64,000 nt of DNA from Candidatus Thorarchaeota archaeon (GCA_016933575.1 JAFGAR010000064.1:32001-96000), one strand, 5' to 3'; numbered from the stretch's first letter, positions 31,860-41,144 are shown. Translations and numbers: made by a program. Notes: a model not told the origin generated them from the letters alone.

Positions 31860-33800
31860 ATGGGGCTCAAACATAAACAGATTGATCAGCTCAAAGAGAT
31901 TTTTGGAGACCGTGTAGTCACGGCTAAACATGAGCTATTTCTTCAATCCATGGATGTGGGTTCTCTTCCAAAGCAGGTTGGCTGGTTGATGAATCTCAAA
32001 CCAGATGCTATCGTTCAACCAATGACCCCTGAAGAGATTCGTTCACTCTATAAATTCGCAAATGCGGAAAAAATCCCTCTGGTTCCTAGAGGCGCAGGCA
32101 CTTCTGGCTATGGTGGTGCAATACCACGAAAAGGAGGCGTTGTTGTTGATATGCGCCGTATGGATAATATTGTAACAGTTGATGAGAAGAATCTGACCGT
32201 TGTTGTAGAACCCGGTATCTGCTGGTCCAATCTTCAACTAGAACTCAATCGACTTGGTCTCGACCTACGCTGCTATCCCTCATCTGCCCTCTCCGCCACA
32301 GTTGGAGGCTGGGTAGCCCAAGGAGGCGATGGGATAGGTAGTTTGAAGTATGGGACTATCAACAAGAACTGTGTTGAATTTGAAGTAGTTCTTCCAAATG
32401 AGAAGATAATTCGTACAAGTGATACAGATCTCTTTTGCGATACAGAGGGTATCCTTGGTATACTGACAAAGGTAACCCTAAAGATTAAGCCCTTGACCAG
32501 GATCAAAGCCTTTGTCTCTAGCTTTCCAGAGAATTACCTAATGAATCTCGCAATCGAGAAGATTCTAGAAGACGGTCCACTCCCTTTCACAATAAAATTT
32601 GAAGAATCTAAATACACAGACTTGAAGAAGTCTGTCTGGGAGGAGGACTGGAAATTCCCGTATCCTGTTCATCACTGTACTATTATGGTCGTCTACGAAG
32701 GTGATGAAGAAGAGATCGAGACCGGTGCTGAAGTGGTTCGCCAAGTCACAGAGGCTCACAAAGGAGTCCTATATGATGACCATGTAGGCGAGCACGAGTG
32801 GCATGAGCGATTCTACCCAATGAGAATCAAGAAGGCCGGACCTACCCTTGTAGTTGGACAAGCATTTGCACCACTCGAAAACTTAGGTGCTATCTTTGAT
32901 GACTTCCAGTTTGAACAGGCATCTGCGAAGGCAGGTATTGATGGTTATGTCAATTCTAAGAACGCAGTCACAATGATGGGATATTTTCTCGAAGATGAAC
33001 GTCGTTCTTTCTATATGCTATCATGGTCTCAGAGCTTTGTCATTTTCAAAATTGCGCAACGTCACGGTGGACATCCACATTCAACTGGTATATGGTTCGC
33101 TAATTATGCACATATTTACTTCGGCAAACAGAGATTAGCTCGAATCCGAGCAGCGAAGCTGAAGTGGGATCAAAAAGAGATTTCGAATCCTGGTAAAATC
33201 TTTGCATATTGGCTTCCCTTCATGTTACGTGTGGGCAAGTACTTCATGTGGATTGGTTTCGATTTGCTACGGAATGGTTTTGGCAGGATTGCACCAATTC
33301 TTCTGAAATGGCTTCAGAATGTACCACCACTGAAGTGGTTATTACGGTGGGGTCGCGCTCACAGTCCTTGGCCGATTCAATACGGACTCGGGTGTTGTAT
33401 GGCTGATGGCGCAGCCGCAGTAGCATCACGATGGGATATAGAGAGATTCGGGATGCTCCCTCTCTTTGGACCCCGGCAGACGGATGTCCTTTGGATCTCA
33501 GGATCCCTTACAAAGAAGATGGCACCACGACTTCGTCGAATCTATGAACAGATGCCAGAGCCAAAGTATGTCATATCCTATGGCCAATGTGCAGCATCTG
33601 GTGGAATGTTTTTCGATGGATATTCTTTAATCGCTCCTGCTGATACGGTCGTGCCAGTGGACGTCTATATCCCCGGCTGTCCTCCCAAACCTGCTGACTT
33701 TGTGAGAGCTCACTTGATTTTACAGAACAAGATACGCGCTGGGACTACACACTGGCAAAAACGGTACGAGAATCAGGATTCGATGGGGTTGATTCAATAA
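31860..33800 (+). CDS. nuoB: Fusion: GlcD/VAO-type FAD-linked oxidoreductase + NuoB (N2 cluster) domain
   Basis: N-part: PRGAGTSGYGG, ATVGGWVA, TEGILGILT, NPGK. C-part: WPIQYGLGCC, DIERFG, PRQTD, KMAPRLRRIYEQMPEPKYVIS.G.CA.SGG, PVDVYIPGCPP. Confidence 0.92.
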   Translation: MGLKHKQIDQLKEIFGDRVVTAKHELFLQSMDVGSLPKQVGWLMNLKPDAIVQPMTPEEIRSLYKFANAEKIPLVPRGAGTSGYGGAIPRKGGVVVDMRRMDNIVTVDEKNLTVVVEPGICWSNLQLELNRLGLDLRCYPSSALSATVGGWVAQGGDGIGSLKYGTINKNCVEFEVVLPNEKIIRTSDTDLFCDTEGILGILTKVTLKIKPLTRIKAFVSSFPENYLMNLAIEKILEDGPLPFTIKFEESKYTDLKKSVWEEDWKFPYPVHHCTIMVVYEGDEEEIETGAEVVRQVTEAHKGVLYDDHVGEHEWHERFYPMRIKKAGPTLVVGQAFAPLENLGAIFDDFQFEQASAKAGIDGYVNSKNAVTMMGYFLEDERRSFYMLSWSQSFVIFKIAQRHGGHPHSTGIWFANYAHIYFGKQRLARIRAAKLKWDQKEISNPGKIFAYWLPFMLRVGKYFMWIGFDLLRNGFGRIAPILLKWLQNVPPLKWLLRWGRAHSPWPIQYGLGCCMADGAAAVASRWDIERFGMLPLFGPRQTDVLWISGSLTKKMAPRLRRIYEQMPEPKYVISYGQCAASGGMFFDGYSLIAPADTVVPVDVYIPGCPPKPADFVRAHLILQNKIRAGTTHWQKRYENQDSMGLIQ

Positions 33801-34318
33801 TGGCACTACGCGAAGATAGCGAACCCTATTGCTTAGCTTGGGTTGGTTTCCTCTTGATGGGTGCATATTATGCCAATTTCGGATACCAACTATGGACCAA
33901 TCCTGTTGCAGTATCTGCTTTCATCAACAACTCTCCCTCAATGCTAATCCTCCTTGGATTGCCTCCACTAATGGTGTTCCTGTTTACAGGGTACTTGCGA
34001 CCTTCTCGTGGAAAAGCAAAGATGAGCATGCTAGGTCCCTCTGTCATTGCAGGATTGTTCTTCGTGATTATATCATATCAGGTTGGATCAACGACTACTA
34101 TCCTCGGAGATCTGATAGTGTTTTCAGCATGGGGTATTGGAAGTGCTTTGTTGACAGCTGGAGGATTTTCAATTATGGCTTCTTTGGAGAAGAACACATC
34201 TCCTGGAATTATGGATATTAGTTCACTTCATTATGGTCCTGTAAAAGAAACGCCTGCACCTACTGAGGAGTCAGTACCTCAAGGCTCCGATGTAAAGCCA
34301 GCGGAATCGGCACAATAA
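33800..34318 (+). CDS. Hypothetical 4-TM membrane protein coupled to the FAD-NuoB gene
   Basis: TAATG stop/start overlap; four hydrophobic helices and a polar tail. Confidence 0.75.
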   Translation: MALREDSEPYCLAWVGFLLMGAYYANFGYQLWTNPVAVSAFINNSPSMLILLGLPPLMVFLFTGYLRPSRGKAKMSMLGPSVIAGLFFVIISYQVGSTTTILGDLIVFSAWGIGSALLTAGGFSIMASLEKNTSPGIMDISSLHYGPVKETPAPTEESVPQGSDVKPAESAQ

Positions 34319-34321
34319 TTC

Positions 34322-34696
34322 CTAGTCTGTTTCTGGAAGCCATGCGAGAGCCGCAAAGGCCAGCAATAATCCACAGGCCATCCAGAAAAAGAGTAGAGCT
34401 CCCATTAGACCTTCTGGAAAGAGCGTTATGATAAGGAATCCATGGACACCACCTATGATTCCTGACAAAGTTGTCAGACTGACACGACCCGGTCTCGATT
34501 TGGTCCTTGCAAGAGCAAAAGTTGAGCATACGGTTACTATGCCACTCAGGAACAGAACTAGTTTAATCGCTATGTCTGAGATAGTAGCTGTTAGAATTAT
34601 CCAGAAGTATACTCCAAGGAGTCCCATCCCAATAAGAAGGACCAAGTAATAGAAAAATGTGCCACGGATGAATGACAACCAATTCGACCTCTTCAT
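34322..34696 (-). CDS. Hypothetical 4-TM membrane protein
   Basis: 124-aa hydrophobic ORF convergent with 33800..34318. Confidence 0.65.
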   Translation of the reverse strand: MKRSNWLSFIRGTFFYYLVLLIGMGLLGVYFWIILTATISDIAIKLVLFLSGIVTVCSTFALARTKSRPGRVSLTTLSGIIGGVHGFLIITLFPEGLMGALLFFWMACGLLLAFAALAWLPETD

Positions 34697-34979
34697 TTGT
34701 TACTACGAGAAAGTCGAAGTGTTGTGCTGTATATTTAACTCCTTTGAGTGATGTTTGTTTGGGCGAATGGTTTTTAACATGCATTCAGAATGCGCCTGCT
34801 TAAGTTCGAAAGTACGGAACGTGACCATAAATGGTGATGTGCTGTGCAAGCCAGGATCAAAGATGCGGAGCTTAGAGAATGAAACATTTGTGCACTGAAA
34901 CCGCAAGAGATAGATATTGCAGACAAGAAGTCATTTTCCACAACTCACCTGGCGCTGAGTTTTCACTCTAGGAGGTCTA

Positions 34980-35432
34980 TTGATTACGATGAGGCTTTTC
35001 ATCGATTTCTTCCCGGTGCTTGTCTGGGCAGTATTAGTTATTGTCCTGATTCTCGGAATGTTAGTTGGATCTTGGGTATTGAGGCCTCATGTTCTCCAGA
35101 ATAGTGAAAAGACATCGAGCTACGAATGCGGTGAAGAACCAATAGGCCCCGCAAGAATTGCCTATCCCTACAACTATCTTGTCTATACTATCCTGTTTGT
35201 TGTTGTTGATGTGCTTGGCGCATTTCTGTGGTTACTTGCTGCATCCTCTTTTCGATTGAGCCCGACAATCGTTTGGCAAGTCCTTGTATTTGTGCTGATT
35301 CTTATGGGTGGTCTCGGCTTTGCCATGAAGATGCTTCCCCAGACTTTCCTCAGTGGAAAAGAAACTCTAGCACTATATCGCGAAGCTAAGGCTGCAAAGG
35401 AAAAACAAGAGCTTGAAGCAGGAGGTCACTGA
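34980..35432 (+). CDS. nuoA: Complex I-like subunit A
   Basis: 3 TM, EKTSSYECGEEP loop, LFVVVDV; GGAGGT RBS. The start may be ATG 34989. Confidence 0.92.
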   Translation: MITMRLFIDFFPVLVWAVLVIVLILGMLVGSWVLRPHVLQNSEKTSSYECGEEPIGPARIAYPYNYLVYTILFVVVDVLGAFLWLLAASSFRLSPTIVWQVLVFVLILMGGLGFAMKMLPQTFLSGKETLALYREAKAAKEKQELEAGGH

Positions 35433-35436
35433 AGAG

Positions 35437-36081
35437 ATGCAACTCGATATATGGTTTGAAGAGGCTGAGTTCATTGTAATTGCTGCCATTGTCATTTTTC
35501 TTGCATACCTTGCACTGGAACATCGTGACATTGTCTACGCGGCATTCTTTTTTGGCTTCATGGCCTCTTTTGTTGCTGGTTTCTTTCTATTGCTTGAAGC
35601 ACCTTTCATTGCAGGTATGCAGATCGCTGTATACACTGGAGGGATTAGTGCATTGATAATCTTCGCAGTGCTTCTTCTACCCCGAGCCCAAGACTCTTCC
35701 TTGGAGGTCTTCGCTTCGCCTAGAAGAAGGAATGCTGGATTGGTACTATCAGCGATGGTTGGCTCATTGTCAGCAGCCCTAGCCCTCGTTTTTCCATGGT
35801 ACGAAACTTTCTCATCAGTGACTCCGCCACTTGAGAACAATCTTGAACTTCTCTCAAAATGGCTCTGGTCTGATCATGGTATCTATGTTCAGATGATTGC
35901 TCTCATCCTTCTCACAGCAATTGTTGGATCTATTGCTATTTTGAAGATGGAGAAAGCAGAACGTCTCACACCTATAGTAAGTGATTTTGGTGTTGAGTCA
36001 GTTCCTGAACCAATTGATGACGAAGCATCTGATATTGAAGATGAATCCCCGCAGAATGGGACTGAGGAGGTTGATACATAA
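35437..36081 (+). CDS. nuoJ: Complex I-like subunit J
   Basis: LEAPFIAGMQIAVYTGGI and LILLTAIVGSI motifs. Confidence 0.9.
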   Translation: MQLDIWFEEAEFIVIAAIVIFLAYLALEHRDIVYAAFFFGFMASFVAGFFLLLEAPFIAGMQIAVYTGGISALIIFAVLLLPRAQDSSLEVFASPRRRNAGLVLSAMVGSLSAALALVFPWYETFSSVTPPLENNLELLSKWLWSDHGIYVQMIALILLTAIVGSIAILKMEKAERLTPIVSDFGVESVPEPIDDEASDIEDESPQNGTEEVDT

Positions 36082-36401
36082 TGGTCCCCCTCTCCTGGTA
36101 TCTGGTGGTGGCGTTCATTCTCATAGGTCTCGGAATCTATGGAATGATGGTCAAGCGAAATCTCATACGTATTCTAATTGGAGCTGAAATCCTTGGTAAT
36201 GGAGTCAACATTGCCCTAGTTGCTGTTTCAATCTACAGCCCTGTCTTCACATTTACGGGACAGGGTTTACTCATGCTGGTGATCTCTGTGGCAGCAGCTC
36301 ACACAGCTCTTGCGATGGTTCTGATGCTTATTTACAATCAACGATACAAATCAGTTGACCTTGGTAGACCATTCAAACTGGAGGATGATAGCAATGCCTG
36401 A
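36081..36401 (+). CDS. nuoK: Complex I-like subunit K
   Basis: IGLGIYG..KRNLI.ILIGAEI, GQ, VAAA; 3 TM. Confidence 0.92.
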   Translation: MVPLSWYLVVAFILIGLGIYGMMVKRNLIRILIGAEILGNGVNIALVAVSIYSPVFTFTGQGLLMLVISVAAAHTALAMVLMLIYNQRYKSVDLGRPFKLEDDSNA

Positions 36402-36903
36402 TGCATCGTCACTGGGTCGTGCAATCATCAATAAGCTGCCTGAGGTCGAGTCTAAACCACTTCAGGGAAATAAGATCGAGCTCCTGGTCCCTCATGAGAA
36501 AATTCGAGATGTGGTATCACTTATTGACGAATTGGTTCCCGATGCCTTACCCGAATCTGCATTTGGCATTGATCTTGAGGATGACAAATACGAAGTAGTC
36601 TACATATTTTGGTCTCATGAATCAACGATGCTCTGTCAGTTACGAGTTTCACTTGTAGGGGAGAAACCATCAATTCAGACTGTTAGCGACATATTTCCTG
36701 GGTTGGAATGGCATGAGCGTGAAACTAGTGAGATGTTCGGTATCACCTTTGAGAACCATCCTGACATGAGACCTCTCCTGCTGCCTGATGATTTGGTTGG
36801 AAAATATCCCATGAGAAAACGATTCAAGACCGATCGAAGTCGCCTTGAAGAAACTGGCCTTTCAACCCCTAGTCCTAGACCTGAACGTGGAGGTGGCGAA
36901 TGA
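36394..36903 (+). CDS. nuoC: Complex I-like subunit C
   Basis: YEVVY and WHERETSEMFGITFENHPDMRPLLL...YPMRK. ATG 36394 follows a GGAGG RBS. Confidence 0.92.
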   Translation: MPDASSLGRAIINKLPEVESKPLQGNKIELLVPHEKIRDVVSLIDELVPDALPESAFGIDLEDDKYEVVYIFWSHESTMLCQLRVSLVGEKPSIQTVSDIFPGLEWHERETSEMFGITFENHPDMRPLLLPDDLVGKYPMRKRFKTDRSRLEETGLSTPSPRPERGGGE

Positions 36904-38040
36904 ATGTGTCCAGATATCCTTGATGAAACCAGTGAGATCTGGTTTGGTCCTCAACATGTCAGTGCTCATGGGTGGGCTACAAAACTGAAACTTGTTGGAG
37001 ACTACATTGTCGAGTGTGACCCGAATGCTGGATATTTCCATCGTTCGGCTGAAAAATGTCTAGAGTTCCGTAATTTCAGGCAAGGTTCAATGGTATGTGA
37101 ACGTATCTGCATGATGGAAGCATTCGTTGCAGAATATCCCTATGTGGCTGCAGTCGAGAAGATTGTTGATCTTGAGGTCCCAGAACGCGCGAAAATCATG
37201 CGTACTATCATGATTGAGATGAATCGGATTCATTCTCTTCAGTTTTGGTGGGGTCAATTTGCAGGGGAGTTAGGTCTCTTTGCGATGCTGCTTTGGCCCT
37301 GGGTTGATAGAGAATATACACTTGATGCTTTTGAGGAACTGACTGGGTCTCGTCATACTGTATCCTATGTCACACCTGGCGGGGTTAAGTATGATTTCAC
37401 TCCCAAGTTCTTGGAAAAATTTGAAATTGCACTCTCTAGAGTGGAAGAACGAATCCCGATCTTCAAGGACATGTTTCTTGGTAGCCCTACGTTCAGGTTA
37501 CGTACCGAGGGAGTAGGTCAGTACACTGCAAAACAAGGTCTCAAGTGGGGCTTGAGTGGTCCTAATATCAAAGCTTGTGGTATTCCAATGGACCTCCGTA
37601 AGGATGACCCTGACTCGAATCTTGCATATGATATGATTGATTGGGAAGTACCCATTACAATAAACGAGAATCATCCTGGTGAATGCGATGCATTTGACAG
37701 ACTAGTTCAGCGATTCAAAGAAATTGAGACTTCAGTTGGTATTATCAGAAAGCTCTTACCTCTTGTCCCTGAAGGTCCAATCATTGACCCCAAGGCTCGA
37801 GCCAAAGTCAATCGTCTACCTGAAGGAGAGGGTTATGGTAGGATTGAGGGTACTCGTGGAATCACAACCGTTTGGTTGAAGACATTCGATAAGGCTCAGA
37901 CTCCATATAGAGCCAAAATACGTGGTCCTTGCTTCGCATCATATTATGCATTGAAGCATATTGTGCCAGGTGCTCGTTTTGCGGACTTTCCAGCGATATT
38001 TGGAAGCTTGGATCCTTATCCCGGGTGGTGGGACAGATAG
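36904..38040 (+). CDS. nuoD: Complex I-like subunit D (no NiFe site)
   Basis: FGPQHVSAHG, GYFHRSAEK, EMNRIHS, PGGV, EGTRG, PYRAKIRGP and terminal GSLDP..WDR. It lacks both hydrogenase CxxC pairs. Confidence 0.92.
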   Translation: MCPDILDETSEIWFGPQHVSAHGWATKLKLVGDYIVECDPNAGYFHRSAEKCLEFRNFRQGSMVCERICMMEAFVAEYPYVAAVEKIVDLEVPERAKIMRTIMIEMNRIHSLQFWWGQFAGELGLFAMLLWPWVDREYTLDAFEELTGSRHTVSYVTPGGVKYDFTPKFLEKFEIALSRVEERIPIFKDMFLGSPTFRLRTEGVGQYTAKQGLKWGLSGPNIKACGIPMDLRKDDPDSNLAYDMIDWEVPITINENHPGECDAFDRLVQRFKEIETSVGIIRKLLPLVPEGPIIDPKARAKVNRLPEGEGYGRIEGTRGITTVWLKTFDKAQTPYRAKIRGPCFASYYALKHIVPGARFADFPAIFGSLDPYPGWWDR

Positions 38041-38053
38041 GAGGTGCGATGAG

Positions 38054-39199
38054 ATGCAGTTCGATTTCATAACTTGGCTTGACGGGCTTTATAATTGGTT
38101 CATCGGTCTCTTGATCTGGTTTTGGAATGTCATTGAATGGTTCTTCTTTTGGATCATTGATCTTATCAATGGAGTATGGGCCATAGTAATAATCCCTGAG
38201 AATTTCATGTTTCTATTCCGTTCTATTATATTCCCTGGACTCATCTTCATCGTGCTTGCACTCATTTTCAGTATCTGGTTCATCCGGAAGACATGGGCAC
38301 GAATTCAGGATAGACGTGGACCGACACATATGGGCAAGTATGGTGGTCTACAATTGTTTGCGGATGCAATCAAACTCATGGCTAAGGAAACAATAATTCC
38401 CGACAAGGCAAGACGTTGGGCTTATAGGATTCTACCTTCGTTACTCCTCTTAATTGTACTACTTCCCTTCGCATTCATACCCTGGGATCCAATATGGAAT
38501 ATTCTTGGAAATCCTGCCTTTCCCGACCTTTCTGTGAGCCTAGTGCTAGTCTTTGCATTTCTCACTGCAGTGCCTGTACTCTCACTACTAATCGGTTGGG
38601 TCTCAGGTTCCAAGTATTCTCTGATTGGAGGATTTCGAGCTGCAAATAACCAATTTGCCTCCGAGATACCCATGGTCATTTCTTCTATTGGTCCTGCAAT
38701 GCTTGCTGGTTCTCTGAGTCTCTTCGGAATTGTTCAAGCGCAGACCAGCATCTGGTACATTGTTCTTCTCCCAATCAACTTTACCACCTTCATGGTTGCT
38801 GCAATTGCCTCTGTAGGAACGTTTCCCTTTGATGCTCCCGTTGCAGACTCCGAGATTATCTTCGGGTGGCGAACAGAGCTATCGGGCATCTACTTCACGT
38901 TGGTCTATTTTGCTGAGTTTGCCGAACAAATGCTTTACTCAGCCTTAATGGTTGTACTCTTCTTTGGTGGTTTTAATGGACTTCCATTCTTACCAGGAAT
39001 TGTCAATTTCCTAATCAAGTGGCTTGTCGTATTATTCATCTTTGTAGTTGTGACATCTTCCTTCTATAGAATCAGACAGGACCAGATAGTGCACCTTTGT
39101 TGGAAATACTTACTGCCACTTTCAATACTTAATGTAGTTCTTGTCATGTTTGCAGTTGTCTACATACCAGGACTACTTCCGCTTGTGATAGGAGGATAA
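38054..39199 (+). CDS. nuoH: Complex I-like subunit H
   Basis: RK..ARIQDRRGP, GLQLFADAIKLMAKE, SKYSLIGGFR, PFD and RIRQDQ. ATG 38054 follows GGAGGTG. Confidence 0.93.
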   Translation: MQFDFITWLDGLYNWFIGLLIWFWNVIEWFFFWIIDLINGVWAIVIIPENFMFLFRSIIFPGLIFIVLALIFSIWFIRKTWARIQDRRGPTHMGKYGGLQLFADAIKLMAKETIIPDKARRWAYRILPSLLLLIVLLPFAFIPWDPIWNILGNPAFPDLSVSLVLVFAFLTAVPVLSLLIGWVSGSKYSLIGGFRAANNQFASEIPMVISSIGPAMLAGSLSLFGIVQAQTSIWYIVLLPINFTTFMVAAIASVGTFPFDAPVADSEIIFGWRTELSGIYFTLVYFAEFAEQMLYSALMVVLFFGGFNGLPFLPGIVNFLIKWLVVLFIFVVVTSSFYRIRQDQIVHLCWKYLLPLSILNVVLVMFAVVYIPGLLPLVIGG

Positions 39200-39203
39200 T
39201 GCG

Positions 39204-39635
39204 ATGGGTTTCCTAAGTAATCTTGGTGAAATATTTCAAATCCTGAAACACGTCTTTCGTCAAACATTCAAAAGACCATTCACTTACTTCTATCCATTTG
39301 AAGACAGACCTTATCCTGAGAGAACCCGTGGCAGACACATCCACATTCGTGAGAACTGTACTGCATGTGCTCAGTGTGTGAGAGCATGTCCTGTTGCAGC
39401 AATTCGTATTGACAAGGAAGATAGAAAGTTCGAGAAGGATGCAGCTCTCTATTTTGATTATACGCGTTGCATTTTCTGCGGAGATTGCGTCAGTGCCTGT
39501 CGATTCGATGCACTTTTCCATACGAAAATCGTGGACCTCTCGGAGGGTGACCGTGATGACCTTATCTATGGCCCTGATAAGATAACAAAACTCGATAGAG
39601 ACCCTCTTGAGTGGCGTGGAAGGAGGTTCAGGTAG
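39204..39635 (+). CDS. nuoI: Complex I-like subunit I (2x[4Fe-4S])
   Basis: YPFE..RGRH, CTACAQCVRACP and CIFCGDCVSAC. Confidence 0.95.
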   Translation: MGFLSNLGEIFQILKHVFRQTFKRPFTYFYPFEDRPYPERTRGRHIHIRENCTACAQCVRACPVAAIRIDKEDRKFEKDAALYFDYTRCIFCGDCVSACRFDALFHTKIVDLSEGDRDDLIYGPDKITKLDRDPLEWRGRRFR

Positions 39636-41134
39636 TGTTGTTTGGAATTCCCTTCATGGCACTATCACTCGCCGTGATGTTCATCGGAGGTCTCTTCATC
39701 TACCTGTTCAAGGCTAGCATTGGCGATGCAGCTGGTAGAATTGCAGTTGCTGTGTCTCTTGTAGGAACCATCCTGATGATTCCTCCATTCTACGAGCTCA
39801 TGATGTTTGGCTCATCCGTTGAAACAGCAGTATGGTCAAATCTACTTGAGCCATTTGGGCTGTACTTGGATCCAATTGCATTTCCAATCACTTTTGCTGT
39901 AGTAGTTCTTGGATTTCTATCAGTTGTCTATGCGGTGGGTTATACCAAACATACTGAGAACAAACCTACTTTTTTCGCAAATCAATTGTTCTTCATAATG
40001 GGAATGACATGGGTAACTCTTGCGACTAATATGATCGAGTTCTTTATAGCTTGGGAGCTTATGTTGGTGCCAAGCTACTTCCTGATTCTGTTCTGGGGTT
40101 TCCCTGAAACCAGAAAACGTACTGCTCTGAAATTCTGGTTGTACACACAATCTGGAGCTGTCTGTATCCTGATAGGCTTTGGACTTCTCTATGCTCAGGG
40201 TGGTTCATTTGTTCTGGCAAATATTGTTGCTAATGGTGACCTCATCTTCAAGGTCATTTTCATACTTCTAGCTGCTGGATTCCTTGTGAAAATGGCAGTT
40301 TTCCCAATCCACTGGTGGTTACCACCAGTTCATGCTGAGGCTCCAACTCCAATCTCAGTCCTATTGTCTGGTGCTATGATTGAAACCGGCGCCTATGCTC
40401 TGGTACGATTCGGTACCCTGACCCTTTACGATGCAGCGATATCGCTCTCAATCTGGGTAGCTGCACTCGGTGTTATCACGATGTTCTATGGCGGTTTCAT
40501 GGCACTAGCTCAGGTGGACATCAAGAGACTCCTTGCTTACTCCTCCGTTTCACAGATGGGGTACGTACTATTTGCTCTCGGTTCTGTTACAATCATAGGT
40601 GTTTCAGGTGGAATGTTCCATCTCATCAATCATGCTTTCTCAAAGGGTCTGCTGTTTATGACCGCTGGAGCTGTTATTCATCAGACCGGACTTCGTGATA
40701 TTAAGAAGATGGGAGGTCTCTCAAATAAGATGCCTATCACCGCCTTCGCAGCTGCCATCGGAATGATGAGCATTGCCGGTAGTCCTCCGCTCTCCGGATT
40801 CGCTTCGGAGTGGATGATGTTCCTCGGGGGATTTAATCGTGCTATAATTACCGATCCATTTACCCATATTGTCCTAGGAACTAACTTACCATTTCTGATT
40901 TTAGCAATTTTAGCTGTTTCCAGCTCTATCCTCAGCGCAGCATACATGCTTCGTTTCTTCTGGCGAGTCTTCCTTGGGCCTCATCCCGAAGAGCTCGAAG
41001 ATGTTAAGGAAAGTCCAAGATCCATGACCATTCCGATGATCATCCTTGGTGTCCTCATTGTAATCTTTGGAATATTCCCGAGCTTGGCACTAGATGTCAT
41101 TGTCCCGGCGTTTTCGAGTGCACTTGGTCCGTGA
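39635..41134 (+). CDS. Additional NuoM/MrpD-like antiporter subunit (second M)
   Basis: AWELM, KMAVFPIHWWLP..HAEAPTP, DIKRLLAYSSVSQMG, NHAFSKGLLF and GFASE. The start is probably GTG 39635. Confidence 0.88.
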   Translation: MLFGIPFMALSLAVMFIGGLFIYLFKASIGDAAGRIAVAVSLVGTILMIPPFYELMMFGSSVETAVWSNLLEPFGLYLDPIAFPITFAVVVLGFLSVVYAVGYTKHTENKPTFFANQLFFIMGMTWVTLATNMIEFFIAWELMLVPSYFLILFWGFPETRKRTALKFWLYTQSGAVCILIGFGLLYAQGGSFVLANIVANGDLIFKVIFILLAAGFLVKMAVFPIHWWLPPVHAEAPTPISVLLSGAMIETGAYALVRFGTLTLYDAAISLSIWVAALGVITMFYGGFMALAQVDIKRLLAYSSVSQMGYVLFALGSVTIIGVSGGMFHLINHAFSKGLLFMTAGAVIHQTGLRDIKKMGGLSNKMPITAFAAAIGMMSIAGSPPLSGFASEWMMFLGGFNRAIITDPFTHIVLGTNLPFLILAILAVSSSILSAAYMLRFFWRVFLGPHPEELEDVKESPRSMTIPMIILGVLIVIFGIFPSLALDVIVPAFSSALGP

Positions 41135-41144
41135 GGTGAATCAA

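Noticed and set aside
34703-34906. 67-aa minus-strand ORF in the nuoA upstream region
   Set aside because: No motif or RBS; it overlaps the probable divergent promoters.
36889-36906. nuoC stop (TGA) immediately followed in frame by the nuoD ATG, suggesting Sec or readthrough NuoCD fusion
   Set aside because: A strong GGAGGTG RBS precedes the nuoD ATG, the position is not a conserved Cys site, and no SECIS was recognised.
36904-38040. Group 4 [NiFe]-hydrogenase large subunit
   Set aside because: Both CxxC NiFe-binding motifs are missing, the NuoB domain has complex-I-type adjacent CC ligands, and there are no maturation genes nearby.
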